Shown in pieces: positions 27,824 through 36,244 of a stretch of DNA of 64,000 bases (position 1 is the first letter of the stretch; each line of letters opens with the position of its first letter). Under the pieces are notes generated by a model. That model was given only the letters and a program-made list of their open reading frames with translations. It was not told the DNA's origin and did no database searches. Location of the stretch: the IMG/VR virus record IMGVR_UViG_3300029286_000009, positions 124,001 through 188,000 of that record, one strand, 5' to 3'. A program made the position numbers and the translations under genes.

Positions 27824-28684
27824 TCATACAAGGGGGCCCGAGAATCGCTTACACACCACTACTGTAGTGTCGTCTGATAGCATCCCAAGTGCACGCAAGG
27901 ATGGACGAGTGATAGGGTTGGCCTTGGCTAGGAAACGTTGTAATTGGGCTGGATGATCATACCACGTTGCATCCTCCCAGATGTTCTGTATATTAGGAAT
28001 TATGACATCATTTCTACCAGGCAAAGTATGTCCTTCTTTCGCAAGGAAATCATCTATACCGTCTGTGGCTATTGCGATCGAAGTAACATCTCGGGGAAGC
28101 TTAACGATAGAGAATTGTCTGCAGGTCCCAGCATCCGGGTGATTCGCATCCAATTGATGGGCTAAATACGGCGGGGCATTTCCAGGAAATGGTCCTAACG
28201 CGGTGTGTTCTCCTTCAATCCAAATATGCCCGTCGCCAAAGTGAAATGCAAAACTCAGGTTGGGTGATAGATAGAACCCAATCACTGTAAAAAGATAACT
28301 TTCATAGATTAGATTCTTCACTACGTTCTCGTCGTCAGTAATGTCCACAGTACCCGCACGAATTAGCTCCAATAGTCTCTGGCGGCAACACTCCATTACC
28401 CAGGTAGGAATATCCTCCTCTGTAACCCACCAGGAGACGCGGCGTGCGTGTATTACAAGTGCAGGCACCAGATGCACTAATACTTGCGTGCATATTCGAG
28501 AACCAACTTCACTGAAACGCCCCGATCCGCAACCATCCGATACTACTGCGACTATATAGCCAGGGGTAGAAATGTGATCATACGCGTCTTGGTTGTTATA
28601 ACCCGCCGAATCATGGAAGGTACCTATTACACTCGCACCTGCAATCTTGTAGTTGTGCATTATATTCTCCGCATCGGGTAGCAA
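27824..28684 (-). CDS. PP2C-like protein phosphatase
   Basis: GASVIG..H..NNQDA, VVSDGCGS, FGDG, IATDG, DDTT. Confidence 0.85.
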   Translation of the reverse strand: MLPDAENIMHNYKIAGASVIGTFHDSAGYNNQDAYDHISTPGYIVAVVSDGCGSGRFSEVGSRICTQVLVHLVPALVIHARRVSWWVTEEDIPTWVMECCRQRLLELIRAGTVDITDDENVVKNLIYESYLFTVIGFYLSPNLSFAFHFGDGHIWIEGEHTALGPFPGNAPPYLAHQLDANHPDAGTCRQFSIVKLPRDVTSIAIATDGIDDFLAKEGHTLPGRNDVIIPNIQNIWEDATWYDHPAQLQRFLAKANPITRPSLRALGMLSDDTTVVVCKRFSGPLV

Positions 28685-28771
28685 AGAATGCCGCTTACTG
28701 TTGATTCAGTTATCAGAGATGGCATGTTGTATCCTTTCGAGAGGGGGCGGTTACCCACCCCCACTGTTGTA

Positions 28772-29593
28772 TCAAGTAGTAAAGCCACCTAGCACGGTTT
28801 GGCTGCCAAAACCTGCTTGGGAAACCGGTCCCAGGTTGGCTGCTTGAGAGACCGCGATGGCACTTTGAGAAAAGACAGCAAACGCTTTTCGGATGTCAGA
28901 CGCTGAATTTCCTGGGGTGAGGATCCACTGTGCAGGAATCCCCATACCGGTAAATACGCGGGTAAAGTTGGTATGACGGTCTTCTATACCCATCCCAACT
29001 ATAATATTACGCTCCATACGCAAGAGGTCCTCTGCAATAGTCTTAACATCTTGGGCGGACACCCCGCGTGAGGCGTTGTCTGCCCCATCAGTTGCGAACA
29101 GTGTAACTGTTCGGCAGGACTGTGCTTCTTCAGCAAGTTCTTGTGCTTTAAGGAAAACTGTTCCAAGTACCACCTTAGCTTGTGCATAAAGAGGAGTACT
29201 CCCGTAGCTTGGATCGTAAACACCAAGACCGAAAGGTGGCACGTTGTCCAGCTCGCAATAGGGGGTGTAAACTTGTCCAGATAGTGCACGAGCGTGGAAA
29301 AGAATGGCGTCCTTTTGTTTAGATTCTTTTAATGCTCGGATACACCCGTTCACACCCTTTACCATGGCATCAGGACCATCTTTGATGCAACTGATGGATC
29401 CGGAGTCATCAATTAGTAGAGTAACCAATATCACTGTGGAGGGTAGTTGCATCTGCCCCACATTGTTCCCCATGCCACCCTGGATTTGGGCACCAATATC
29501 CTGCAAGTTTAGAAGGTTGGCAGAAGTAGGGGACAACACCCCGTCGTCTTGTGCAGACTGGAGTAAGTTCTGAAGACTTGCGTTCTGGCTCAT
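28772..29593 (-). CDS. vWA-domain protein (TerY-like)
   Basis: MIDAS-like LLIDDSGSI, STPLY, ATDG.DN. Confidence 0.8.
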   Translation of the reverse strand: MSQNASLQNLLQSAQDDGVLSPTSANLLNLQDIGAQIQGGMGNNVGQMQLPSTVILVTLLIDDSGSISCIKDGPDAMVKGVNGCIRALKESKQKDAILFHARALSGQVYTPYCELDNVPPFGLGVYDPSYGSTPLYAQAKVVLGTVFLKAQELAEEAQSCRTVTLFATDGADNASRGVSAQDVKTIAEDLLRMERNIIVGMGIEDRHTNFTRVFTGMGIPAQWILTPGNSASDIRKAFAVFSQSAIAVSQAANLGPVSQAGFGSQTVLGGFTT

Positions 29594-29681
29594 CCTATTT
29601 TCCTTTCATATTTGTTAGGTTAGATGCATTACTAGGGGGATAGCTCTGATTACTCCTAGGATTTGCTTGTGGGGGGACAAT

Positions 29682-30143
29682 TTAGTTATATTCTTCAGTT
29701 TCTATAAAATCAGGATATATCTCTTCTATGGGGAGCCGGTTAAAACGTAAAAAATCGTCTCGATACAAGTAATATCCCATCCCTTCATGCCACCACTGCC
29801 CATTTGCGCACCAGTGTTCGTCTATACTCAGCCCATGATCGGGCTGCCACACTGGAATAGGAGAAAGATGGCATCCTTTCGGCCCCAAACTACAACAATT
29901 TCTGCATACCAGTTCTTCTACATTTACATGCCACATATCTTGTACGCCTTTCTGTTTTTGATATCTTGCGCGGGTAAACAAAAACCGGAAATTCTCTATG
30001 GGGGTTGTTGGGACGATTTCTACGCGTCCGTATTGACGCTCCACCGCCCCAACAGTTCTATGAATAATACTAGCTTTTGTAAAGGGGAGAACGCCTTCCC
30101 TTGCGTTCCCCCCGGTCCATATACTTTCAATATAGTAAAACAC
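29682..30143 (-). CDS. hypothetical protein; true start uncertain (N-terminal half overlaps structured RNA)
   Basis: Cys-rich C-terminal part MWHVNVEELVCRNC...; 5' part coincides with strong hairpins. Confidence 0.4.
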   Translation of the reverse strand: MFYYIESIWTGGNAREGVLPFTKASIIHRTVGAVERQYGRVEIVPTTPIENFRFLFTRARYQKQKGVQDMWHVNVEELVCRNCCSLGPKGCHLSPIPVWQPDHGLSIDEHWCANGQWWHEGMGYYLYRDDFLRFNRLPIEEIYPDFIETEEYN

Positions 30144-30205
30144 TACATCGTTAGTTGCCTAGCGTATTCCGTTCGCTTATTCATGCTTTAGGCGCTTGAA
30201 AATTC

Positions 30206-30280
30206 CGTGTCGCACTACTGCTATGCTACCACGCCATATTTTTTGGGGGCGTGGGGTGGATCTGCACCACCGTCTACACG
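30206..30280 (-). ncRNA. Circularly permuted tRNA-like domain (Y RNA/YrlA-like or two-piece tmRNA-like)
   Basis: CGTGT-AGAC-GGTGG-TGCAGAT-CCACC-CCACGCC-C-CCA-AAAAATAT-GGCGTGG-TA-GCAT-AGCAGTA-GTGC-G-ACACG; all four cloverleaf stems pair, 3' half precedes 5' half. Confidence 0.75.
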
Positions 30281-30431
30281 TAAGTTGCCATAGCACTGCT
30301 AATGGGAAATTGCTTAACGGCGTTTAGCCTTGGGTCAATCACCTCACGGGATTTAGCCTGATACACCCCTATGCCGTAGTGGGTGCTCTTGTGAACGTGC
30401 TCCTAAGCTTACGACCCAACTGTATGGAACC

Positions 30432-30519
30432 TTCTTGCTTGCTAGATAGTATATTCGTCTAATTATTTAACGTCCAATCGCCCCAACTAACTATTTGTAC
30501 ACTACCTAGCAAGCAAGAA
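30432..30519 (-). repeat. 22-bp inverted repeat (long hairpin)
   Basis: TTCTTGCTTGCTAG arms are perfect; extension pairs via two G-U only on minus strand. Confidence 0.85.
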
Positions 30520-30605
30520 AGTCCTGGTATTTTTGGCGGTGTGCCATCTACCTACACATGTGTAGCATGTAGGGTGGCTAAAGACAGCACACCACAGACA
30601 TAACA

Positions 30606-31376
30606 TTAACTGGTGGTTCGTATCGCGTCCAGAAAGCAGGAATAAACTTCTTCTCCTATCGCTGCGACGGGCACCGCCACCTGATTGGCACGTGCTCTTG
30701 CCTGCTTTACCTCACGTATCATCTGGTCAAGGACACTGAGTCCAACCATCTTCTGCCGTGGGGTGGGGCAACCGGTGTAACGTGTATTCTCATAGTGACC
30801 AACGACCTTTTGTTCGTCAACCACAATGACCTGTTCCTTATGTTCTTTTGTCGCGGGGGCGATGGACACGGGAACCTTCGTCATCTCGGTCTTATTCGCC
30901 TTTACAGGCTCAACAGTTCGACGTACACCTTCCAGCTCAGCAGATGTGTCGTTCTCCCAGTGTACGGTTGTATCCAGCGTAGGAATCCTGTCCGCAAGAT
31001 TCCGAATCCGGATAAGTTCTTTTTCAAGCCACATCAACATCGTGACCGGAACTGCTGTGATCACTTTGCCATTGGGCAGCGTAAGATCTGCAACCGCCTG
31101 CATATTGGCGAGCTCACGCTGGTACTCGGCGTCCATGCGATCAACAATTGCCTTGCCTATATACTTAAATCTTTCCGGCACGGTTGTCGTCAGACTGACC
31201 CTTTCTCCAGCACCGGCTTCCTCCGCCACACGATCATCGTCGTGCATCTTCAAAATTTTAACGTGTCCATTGAGCAGTTCTTTCTTGTCCAAGAGTCGAC
31301 TGGTCTCGTCCAGCATCTTAGCCTGAACCGCCTCCAGCTCCGGAATTTTTGCCAAAAGTTCGTGCAACATTCCCAT
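30606..31376 (-). CDS. Conserved coiled-coil protein (recalled as DUF7873-like)
   Basis: LHELLA, TTV, VPVTMLMWLEK, IPTLD..W, ATKEH.EQV, VVG, VKQARARAN pattern; family name from memory only. Confidence 0.55.
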   Translation of the reverse strand: MGMLHELLAKIPELEAVQAKMLDETSRLLDKKELLNGHVKILKMHDDDRVAEEAGAGERVSLTTTVPERFKYIGKAIVDRMDAEYQRELANMQAVADLTLPNGKVITAVPVTMLMWLEKELIRIRNLADRIPTLDTTVHWENDTSAELEGVRRTVEPVKANKTEMTKVPVSIAPATKEHKEQVIVVDEQKVVGHYENTRYTGCPTPRQKMVGLSVLDQMIREVKQARARANQVAVPVAAIGEEVYSCFLDAIRTTS

Positions 31377-31464
31377 TGTTTTAGTCTCCTTTTCCTTTCG
31401 TACATGAGGCTGAACTTACTCTCTTCTACTTATTATTAAATATATCAAAAGACGCATGTGTGCT

Positions 31465-32169
31465 CTAGGTGGGTCTTGTCTCTATATCGACCGCTCGATT
31501 TATCAGTTCTAGCGTATTGTTACCACTTGCTGCACAGGCACTAAGTAGGAGTGCACACTGACGTTCTATTGCTATCCTATTACTATTATGCCGGACATCA
31601 GTAGCTATAGCAAGGGCATAAAGTAAGGTTTCCACGAAAGGCTGCAGTGTGCTGAAGCGAGGTGGGTTGAATCTGCCCACTGCTCTTTCTAGTTCTAGCG
31701 AAATAGTAGTAAACTGTTTTTGTCCTGCATATACCTCTTTAATCACATCAATCACCTGCTGCACTAAATTGCTCTCTGTATATTCTTTTTCTATTTCACA
31801 GGACACTGCTTCAACACAAAGAAGTGCTAATTGGAGAATTACTCTATTTTGTTTTACCTTATCGGAGTACCATTCGGGGTAATCTATCCTTTTTATTGTA
31901 GTTAACGCGAAACAGCCAACCTTACCCCAGTCCTCTACTACTACTTTCCCTTCTGCCTCCCATATTAGCGGGTTTCTAAACCCGGCATGCACAGGATTTA
32001 GTAATAGAGCACTGTTTGGATCTCGGTACGCATGGATAACATCACAAGAGCAAAGTTGTGGGTCCAGGCATGGTAATAGGGTTAAAGTTTGTCCTTCTCT
32101 CCAGTGTGTTTCTCCTGTTAGGTCGCTCCTAGTGACCCCACGTTCGTTTGTCAGCTTGTAAAGAACCAT
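31465..32169 (-). CDS. Paralog of 6952-7509 with different C-terminal helical region
   Basis: MVLYKLT..LCSCDVIHAY..WEAEGKVVVEDWGKVGCF. Confidence 0.6.
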   Translation of the reverse strand: MVLYKLTNERGVTRSDLTGETHWREGQTLTLLPCLDPQLCSCDVIHAYRDPNSALLLNPVHAGFRNPLIWEAEGKVVVEDWGKVGCFALTTIKRIDYPEWYSDKVKQNRVILQLALLCVEAVSCEIEKEYTESNLVQQVIDVIKEVYAGQKQFTTISLELERAVGRFNPPRFSTLQPFVETLLYALAIATDVRHNSNRIAIERQCALLLSACAASGNNTLELINRAVDIETRPT

Positions 32170-32188
32170 ATTTTTCCCTTTTCTTGGT

Positions 32189-32839
32189 TTATCCCAAGAT
32201 TGTGTCCAGAGCATTACTCAACTCCTGTTTTGGGAACAATTTTACTATATGGAAAACATTTACACCACCATCTAATACGCATGTACCCAGATAATGGCAA
32301 TTAGGTGGTAAGTCCCAACCTGAAGGTAATAAGGAAAAGTAACGACGTTCGTAGGGAGCAGTCGGATACACAATCGCCCACATACTGGGGGGCTCGCCAT
32401 CATTAGGAACCTCTATATGCACAATGTTTGCACCCACAGGCATGTCTAATTCGGTTACATCATCTACCGGATCAACTTCATATCTCCAAATTTGCATTTT
32501 TGTTCCCGTTCCAGTGTCGTTCCTTACTGGATGTTCGCAGATTTTGTAATCTCGGATAGTGACATGTTCCTCGTAATAATCTCGCCACTCTGCGACTTTC
32601 TGATTTAGTGTGGTAGCTAGTTCATCTTTGTTGCATACAATGAAGAAGGGTGCACTAAAGGCCCCAGTTTTAATATAGTTCGTAGCCTCCGCAACGTCAA
32701 CCATTGTAATGATGGGAAGCTTTGCACCTATTGCGGTTTCAATAGTCAATATCGCATCTGTTATTGATCTACCGGAGTTGCTCATAACTAATTCCTTTCT
32801 CATTCTCTGTAATGCCAATCTTAATGCAGTTAATTCCAT
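32189..32839 (-). CDS. hypothetical protein with common phage C-terminal beta domain
   Basis: IWRY..MPVGA.I..MWAIV..P..R.F..G..YLGT..VFH. Confidence 0.55.
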   Translation of the reverse strand: MELTALRLALQRMRKELVMSNSGRSITDAILTIETAIGAKLPIITMVDVAEATNYIKTGAFSAPFFIVCNKDELATTLNQKVAEWRDYYEEHVTIRDYKICEHPVRNDTGTGTKMQIWRYEVDPVDDVTELDMPVGANIVHIEVPNDGEPPSMWAIVYPTAPYERRYFSLLPSGWDLPPNCHYLGTCVLDGGVNVFHIVKLFPKQELSNALDTILG

Positions 32840-32878
32840 ATTATCAGATTTATCATTTATATTTTCTTCTATTTCTCT

Positions 32879-33088
32879 CTAACGAAGTAGCTGCCCACAC
32901 TTAGGACACGGTTTGCCCACTGATAAGGGGGGTGTAAATTCAGCTATTCTAATCCTGTCCTCCATGTGTGCTTGGATCGCTTCTAGCTTTTCACGCAGCA
33001 TAGCCACCATTACACGAAGGGTGTTTCTTTCCCTTTCAATACTTTCATAAGTTTCTGGCATCACTACCTCCTCCAAGACATGCAACAC
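32879..33088 (-). CDS. hypothetical protein
   Basis: Coiled coil plus CPKCG; likely GTG/ATG start after GGAGGAGG. Confidence 0.5.
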   Translation of the reverse strand: MLHVLEEVVMPETYESIERERNTLRVMVAMLREKLEAIQAHMEDRIRIAEFTPPLSVGKPCPKCGQLLR

Positions 33089-33106
33089 AAGCTCTAATTG
33101 AAGTTG

Positions 33107-33955
33107 TTAGAATACAAGGTTTAGTCTGGCGTAGGGGCCGTTCGTGCTGACTTCTACGTTTCCTGTGTCAAACGGGAGCTTTCGTGTGCTATAACGATAG
33201 CCAATCTCCGCCCACATATTGTTTTGGCGGTAACCAAGTCCTGCCTCTAACAAACACCCACTTGTATGCCCGCCTGATGTGTAAAGTGCTCTGTAGGATA
33301 CGCACATCGGTGTCTGTACCGATTCCCCAGATACACCTACGCCAAGCATAATCTTGTTGAAGTCCTGCTTAACCTCAATTGTTGCTTGGCTCGTAGTTGA
33401 GGTGTTCGGGATGCCGCTGGCGATAGTATTCAAATGCCACCACTCACACATTCCAGTTGGCATTACTCTACGGTTGGTGAAGTAGGGTGTTGCTAACATA
33501 AAACGTTCCCCAGACAAACTGGCTTTCAGCGAAATGGTGTCAGCAAGTCGGGGTCCGAAAGTGTAACCACCTATACTTATCGGTACTGTAGGCACTCCTA
33601 CTCCAGAACGTACTAAGGGCGATATCCATGTGAATTCGGCATCTGCATATTGCGGCATATGTACACTGACCGAGAACTCAGGAATTGCTGCTTTAGCACT
33701 CCACCCAAACGCCGCCCCGAAATTGAGGTCAGGGTAGCCATTTTGTTGCAAGATGGACTTATAATCGGTCATATAGACGGTTAGCCCACCCGATGCGAAC
33801 ATTCGCGGAGGCGTAGGAGGAGGTGGTGGAGGCGGAGGGGCTATCACTGGAAGAGGAGGTGGAACTGCACGTGTCAGCATAGGGCCACCAGCCAATGTTG
33901 CCGAGAAGCAACCAGCGATAATAAAAAGGATAACAAACAATGTGAACTTTTTCAT
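33107..33955 (-). CDS. Putative outer-membrane beta-barrel protein with Pro-rich linker
   Basis: Signal peptide MKKFTLFVILFII..., poly-Pro, alternating beta strands, C-terminal YARLNLVF. Confidence 0.6.
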   Translation of the reverse strand: MKKFTLFVILFIIAGCFSATLAGGPMLTRAVPPPLPVIAPPPPPPPPTPPRMFASGGLTVYMTDYKSILQQNGYPDLNFGAAFGWSAKAAIPEFSVSVHMPQYADAEFTWISPLVRSGVGVPTVPISIGGYTFGPRLADTISLKASLSGERFMLATPYFTNRRVMPTGMCEWWHLNTIASGIPNTSTTSQATIEVKQDFNKIMLGVGVSGESVQTPMCVSYRALYTSGGHTSGCLLEAGLGYRQNNMWAEIGYRYSTRKLPFDTGNVEVSTNGPYARLNLVF

Positions 33956-33975
33956 TTTTAATTTTTTCCTTTCTT

Positions 33976-34491
33976 CTATTGGATGCATTTCCAAAGATCG
34001 GCTCTGTTATTGGGGTCCATAAACATGTGCCAGGATGCCTGTCTTAGTTTAGATCGTCGTAAGATATGGTGTTCACGTAATTCAACAAGCCCACTACTAT
34101 AACTTTGGGGGTCACCATCTGCGAATTTCACTCTCAAATCTTCCTCTTCTTTTTGTGTCTCACACTCTTCTTGTTCGAGCATTTGGCAGTATTCCTTCTC
34201 TGCATCCCTACTAAGTAGCCCGATTGGTGTGTCTCCAAACCACCGTGCAAACTCGCCACGCACCAATGCTTCCCTAATCTCTTTAGGAAAGTTAGAGGGG
34301 TAGTCGAATCCAGTGAATTCCTGATTATAACCACCTTCTAGTGAGTAAAACCACCGGATAGCACCATGCCCTGAAACCTCCTCCCATTGTATAAAATCCC
34401 GCAGTTCCTTGCCCCGAGGGCTCTCAATGTTAGCTGTTGTTAGGTACCAGATAGTTCCATTCTTTTCTATCCACGACACAAAGTCACACAT
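33976..34491 (-). CDS. hypothetical protein, paralog of 47834-48241
   Basis: MC.F.S..WYLTT..IES..GKELR.F..GHGAIR.FY. Confidence 0.6.
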   Translation of the reverse strand: MCDFVSWIEKNGTIWYLTTANIESPRGKELRDFIQWEEVSGHGAIRWFYSLEGGYNQEFTGFDYPSNFPKEIREALVRGEFARWFGDTPIGLLSRDAEKEYCQMLEQEECETQKEEEDLRVKFADGDPQSYSSGLVELREHHILRRSKLRQASWHMFMDPNNRADLWKCIQ

Positions 34492-34506
34492 AATATCGAT
34501 CCCTTC

Positions 34507-34761
34507 TTACCGACCAAAAACGATGTAAGTCACACTTTTCAGCACACGCACTGGTAGGAGTAAAATTTGTTCGACACACCCCGGAGTTCTTCTTAGCGGA
34601 ATAGGGGACGGGGGTGGACAATAGTAGATAGGTGGCAATGGTTGCACAACTTGTGCTTTCCAATGAACTGTCTTCATTTGAGGACCACCTGAGTATGCAC
34701 CGCTGATCAGAATTCCGATGACGATAAGGATCACTAAACCTATAATAACTTTCTGTTTCAT
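34507..34761 (-). CDS. Membrane-anchored Pro-rich protein
   Basis: N-terminal TM helix. Confidence 0.55.
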   Translation of the reverse strand: MKQKVIIGLVILIVIGILISGAYSGGPQMKTVHWKAQVVQPLPPIYYCPPPSPIPLRRTPGCVEQILLLPVRVLKSVTYIVFGR

Positions 34762-34764
34762 CTA

Positions 34765-35100
34765 TTATTCCTTTTGGTGTAGTTTTCTATGTTTTGTCCT
34801 AGTTATACACGTTAAATTAGTAAGACAATCATTATTATGATCTCCATCTAAATGATGTATATCGTCGCTAGGACCTAGTGTTATGTGGGGGTGACCCAGT
34901 GAATATATAACTCTTGCTAGCGGAAAAGCAATCCCCCTGTAAGCCAGGATGTTTCTCTTCTTGTAACGCATTATTCGCCCTCGCCCCGCGAGTTTTCTGT
35001 AAAACGTGGGTGGGAATGTTCCTGTGGGGAATACTAGCCCTGGCATGATATGGGTCTGCTTTATTTGGTCAATTATGGCATTGAATTCCTTCTTTGTCAC
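34765..35100 (-). CDS. HNH endonuclease (HNH_3-like)
   Basis: DIHHLDGDHNNDCLTNL..TKHRKLH. Confidence 0.75.
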   Translation of the reverse strand: MTKKEFNAIIDQIKQTHIMPGLVFPTGTFPPTFYRKLAGRGRIMRYKKRNILAYRGIAFPLARVIYSLGHPHITLGPSDDIHHLDGDHNNDCLTNLTCITRTKHRKLHQKE

Positions 35101-35112
35101 TGCTATGCCTTT

Positions 35113-35310
35113 CTAGCATATTCTGTTGCATGAAACAACGCAAGAAACCGCTTTGTCAAGTGCTGCTTCAAGATACTCACTTGGGAACACCCCATCGAGT
35201 GACCTCCCCCGATGGGCCCGTTCCAGCAGGATAATCAGCATCCTAGCCACTTCCTCTAAACTCAGACCGGGCGGTGGGTTTCTTATTCCGTAATCTACTG
35301 CTCCTAACAT
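35113..35310 (-). CDS. hypothetical protein
   Basis: 65 aa coupled ORF. Confidence 0.5.
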   Translation of the reverse strand: MLGAVDYGIRNPPPGLSLEEVARMLIILLERAHRGRSLDGVFPSEYLEAALDKAVSCVVSCNRIC

Positions 35311-35816
35311 TATCTTATCCTTCCTAGATATTTTTTCTCAATGAACACTTCCAGGTCGTCCACATCATAGGGATACCCAAATCCAGCCCTACCCCTTTTG
35401 TATGGATCGGTTGGAAATCTATCTCCTACTCGAAGAGGACAACGGAACCATGTTTTCACAATCGTGGTGTTAAGAAAGTGTTTATTGTCACGGAGAAGTT
35501 TAATGAACCTAGATGTAGTTACTTGTCGCCAAGAACCTACCCATTCAATGTTGGTAGTATCCTCTTTAGGTGAAGTAAGGTGTGTCCACAACAAACCAGT
35601 ATACCAAAAGTCTCGGCAACCATTGTGTAATACCTCTTGATTCCCTTTTTCATGCCAACAGACAAAAAATAAGCTCATGTGAGGCCATGGGAAAGCAAAG
35701 ATACCTTTTCGGCGGGGAGGACAGTGAAACGTTGGATTTCCTTCGTCATCAATTCTCTCTTTTATGGCCTCCTTGTAAGATACTGGAGAAAGCCCCCCGA
35801 ACCGTAATAATCTCAT
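35310..35816 (-). CDS. hypothetical protein
   Basis: 168 aa, SD GAGG. Confidence 0.6.
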   Translation of the reverse strand: MRLLRFGGLSPVSYKEAIKERIDDEGNPTFHCPPRRKGIFAFPWPHMSLFFVCWHEKGNQEVLHNGCRDFWYTGLLWTHLTSPKEDTTNIEWVGSWRQVTTSRFIKLLRDNKHFLNTTIVKTWFRCPLRVGDRFPTDPYKRGRAGFGYPYDVDDLEVFIEKKYLGRIR

Positions 35817-36244
35817 TCCTCATCCTCCTCGTAGGGGAACACGGAATCCATGAAAGCATGAGTAGAGTCTCGATTAGCGTCGATCTCAGCCATCTTCCAC
35901 AGAATTTCTTGGTAAACTTCTGACCGATAACTTTTCTCTCCTACGCGTGGGCTCGGGCTGTAATCGAACACATAGCTAGAATGATGATAATCTACGTCAG
36001 TCGCAGGGGGTGTCAACACGCCCTTTTCTTCGTAAAGAATGACAGCCTTGACGAACTTTCTGAGTTCAGACCACATCTTATGTCGAGACTTACGTTGCAC
36101 CTTGGGTAGCCTAACGGGATGTTTGCACCTTTTTGTGCCTCCTGAAGACACAACCATTTGTGTACTTCTGCTTGGATCTATCATGGGGACTGTCTTTCTT
36201 TGATACTTCTTCTGGGGGTATGCACCCCAAAGATGGTAACGCAA
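35813..36244 (-). CDS. hypothetical protein
   Basis: start uncertain. Confidence 0.45.
   Translation of the reverse strand: MRYHLWGAYPQKKYQRKTVPMIDPSRSTQMVVSSGGTKRCKHPVRLPKVQRKSRHKMWSELRKFVKAVILYEEKGVLTPPATDVDYHHSSYVFDYSPSPRVGEKSYRSEVYQEILWKMAEIDANRDSTHAFMDSVFPYEEDEE

Noticed and set aside
30206-30280. A normal translating tRNA-His (C73)
   Set aside because: No anticodon loop can be assembled from either end, no G-1, and the halves are in reversed order
6952-32214. Diversity-generating retroelement (TR/VR) between paralogs 6952 and 31465
   Set aside because: Differences are not adenine-restricted and no reverse transcriptase is present
33800-33870. G-rich GGA/GGT repeats as a G-quadruplex or repeat element
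   Set aside because: Explained by poly-proline codons on the minus strand
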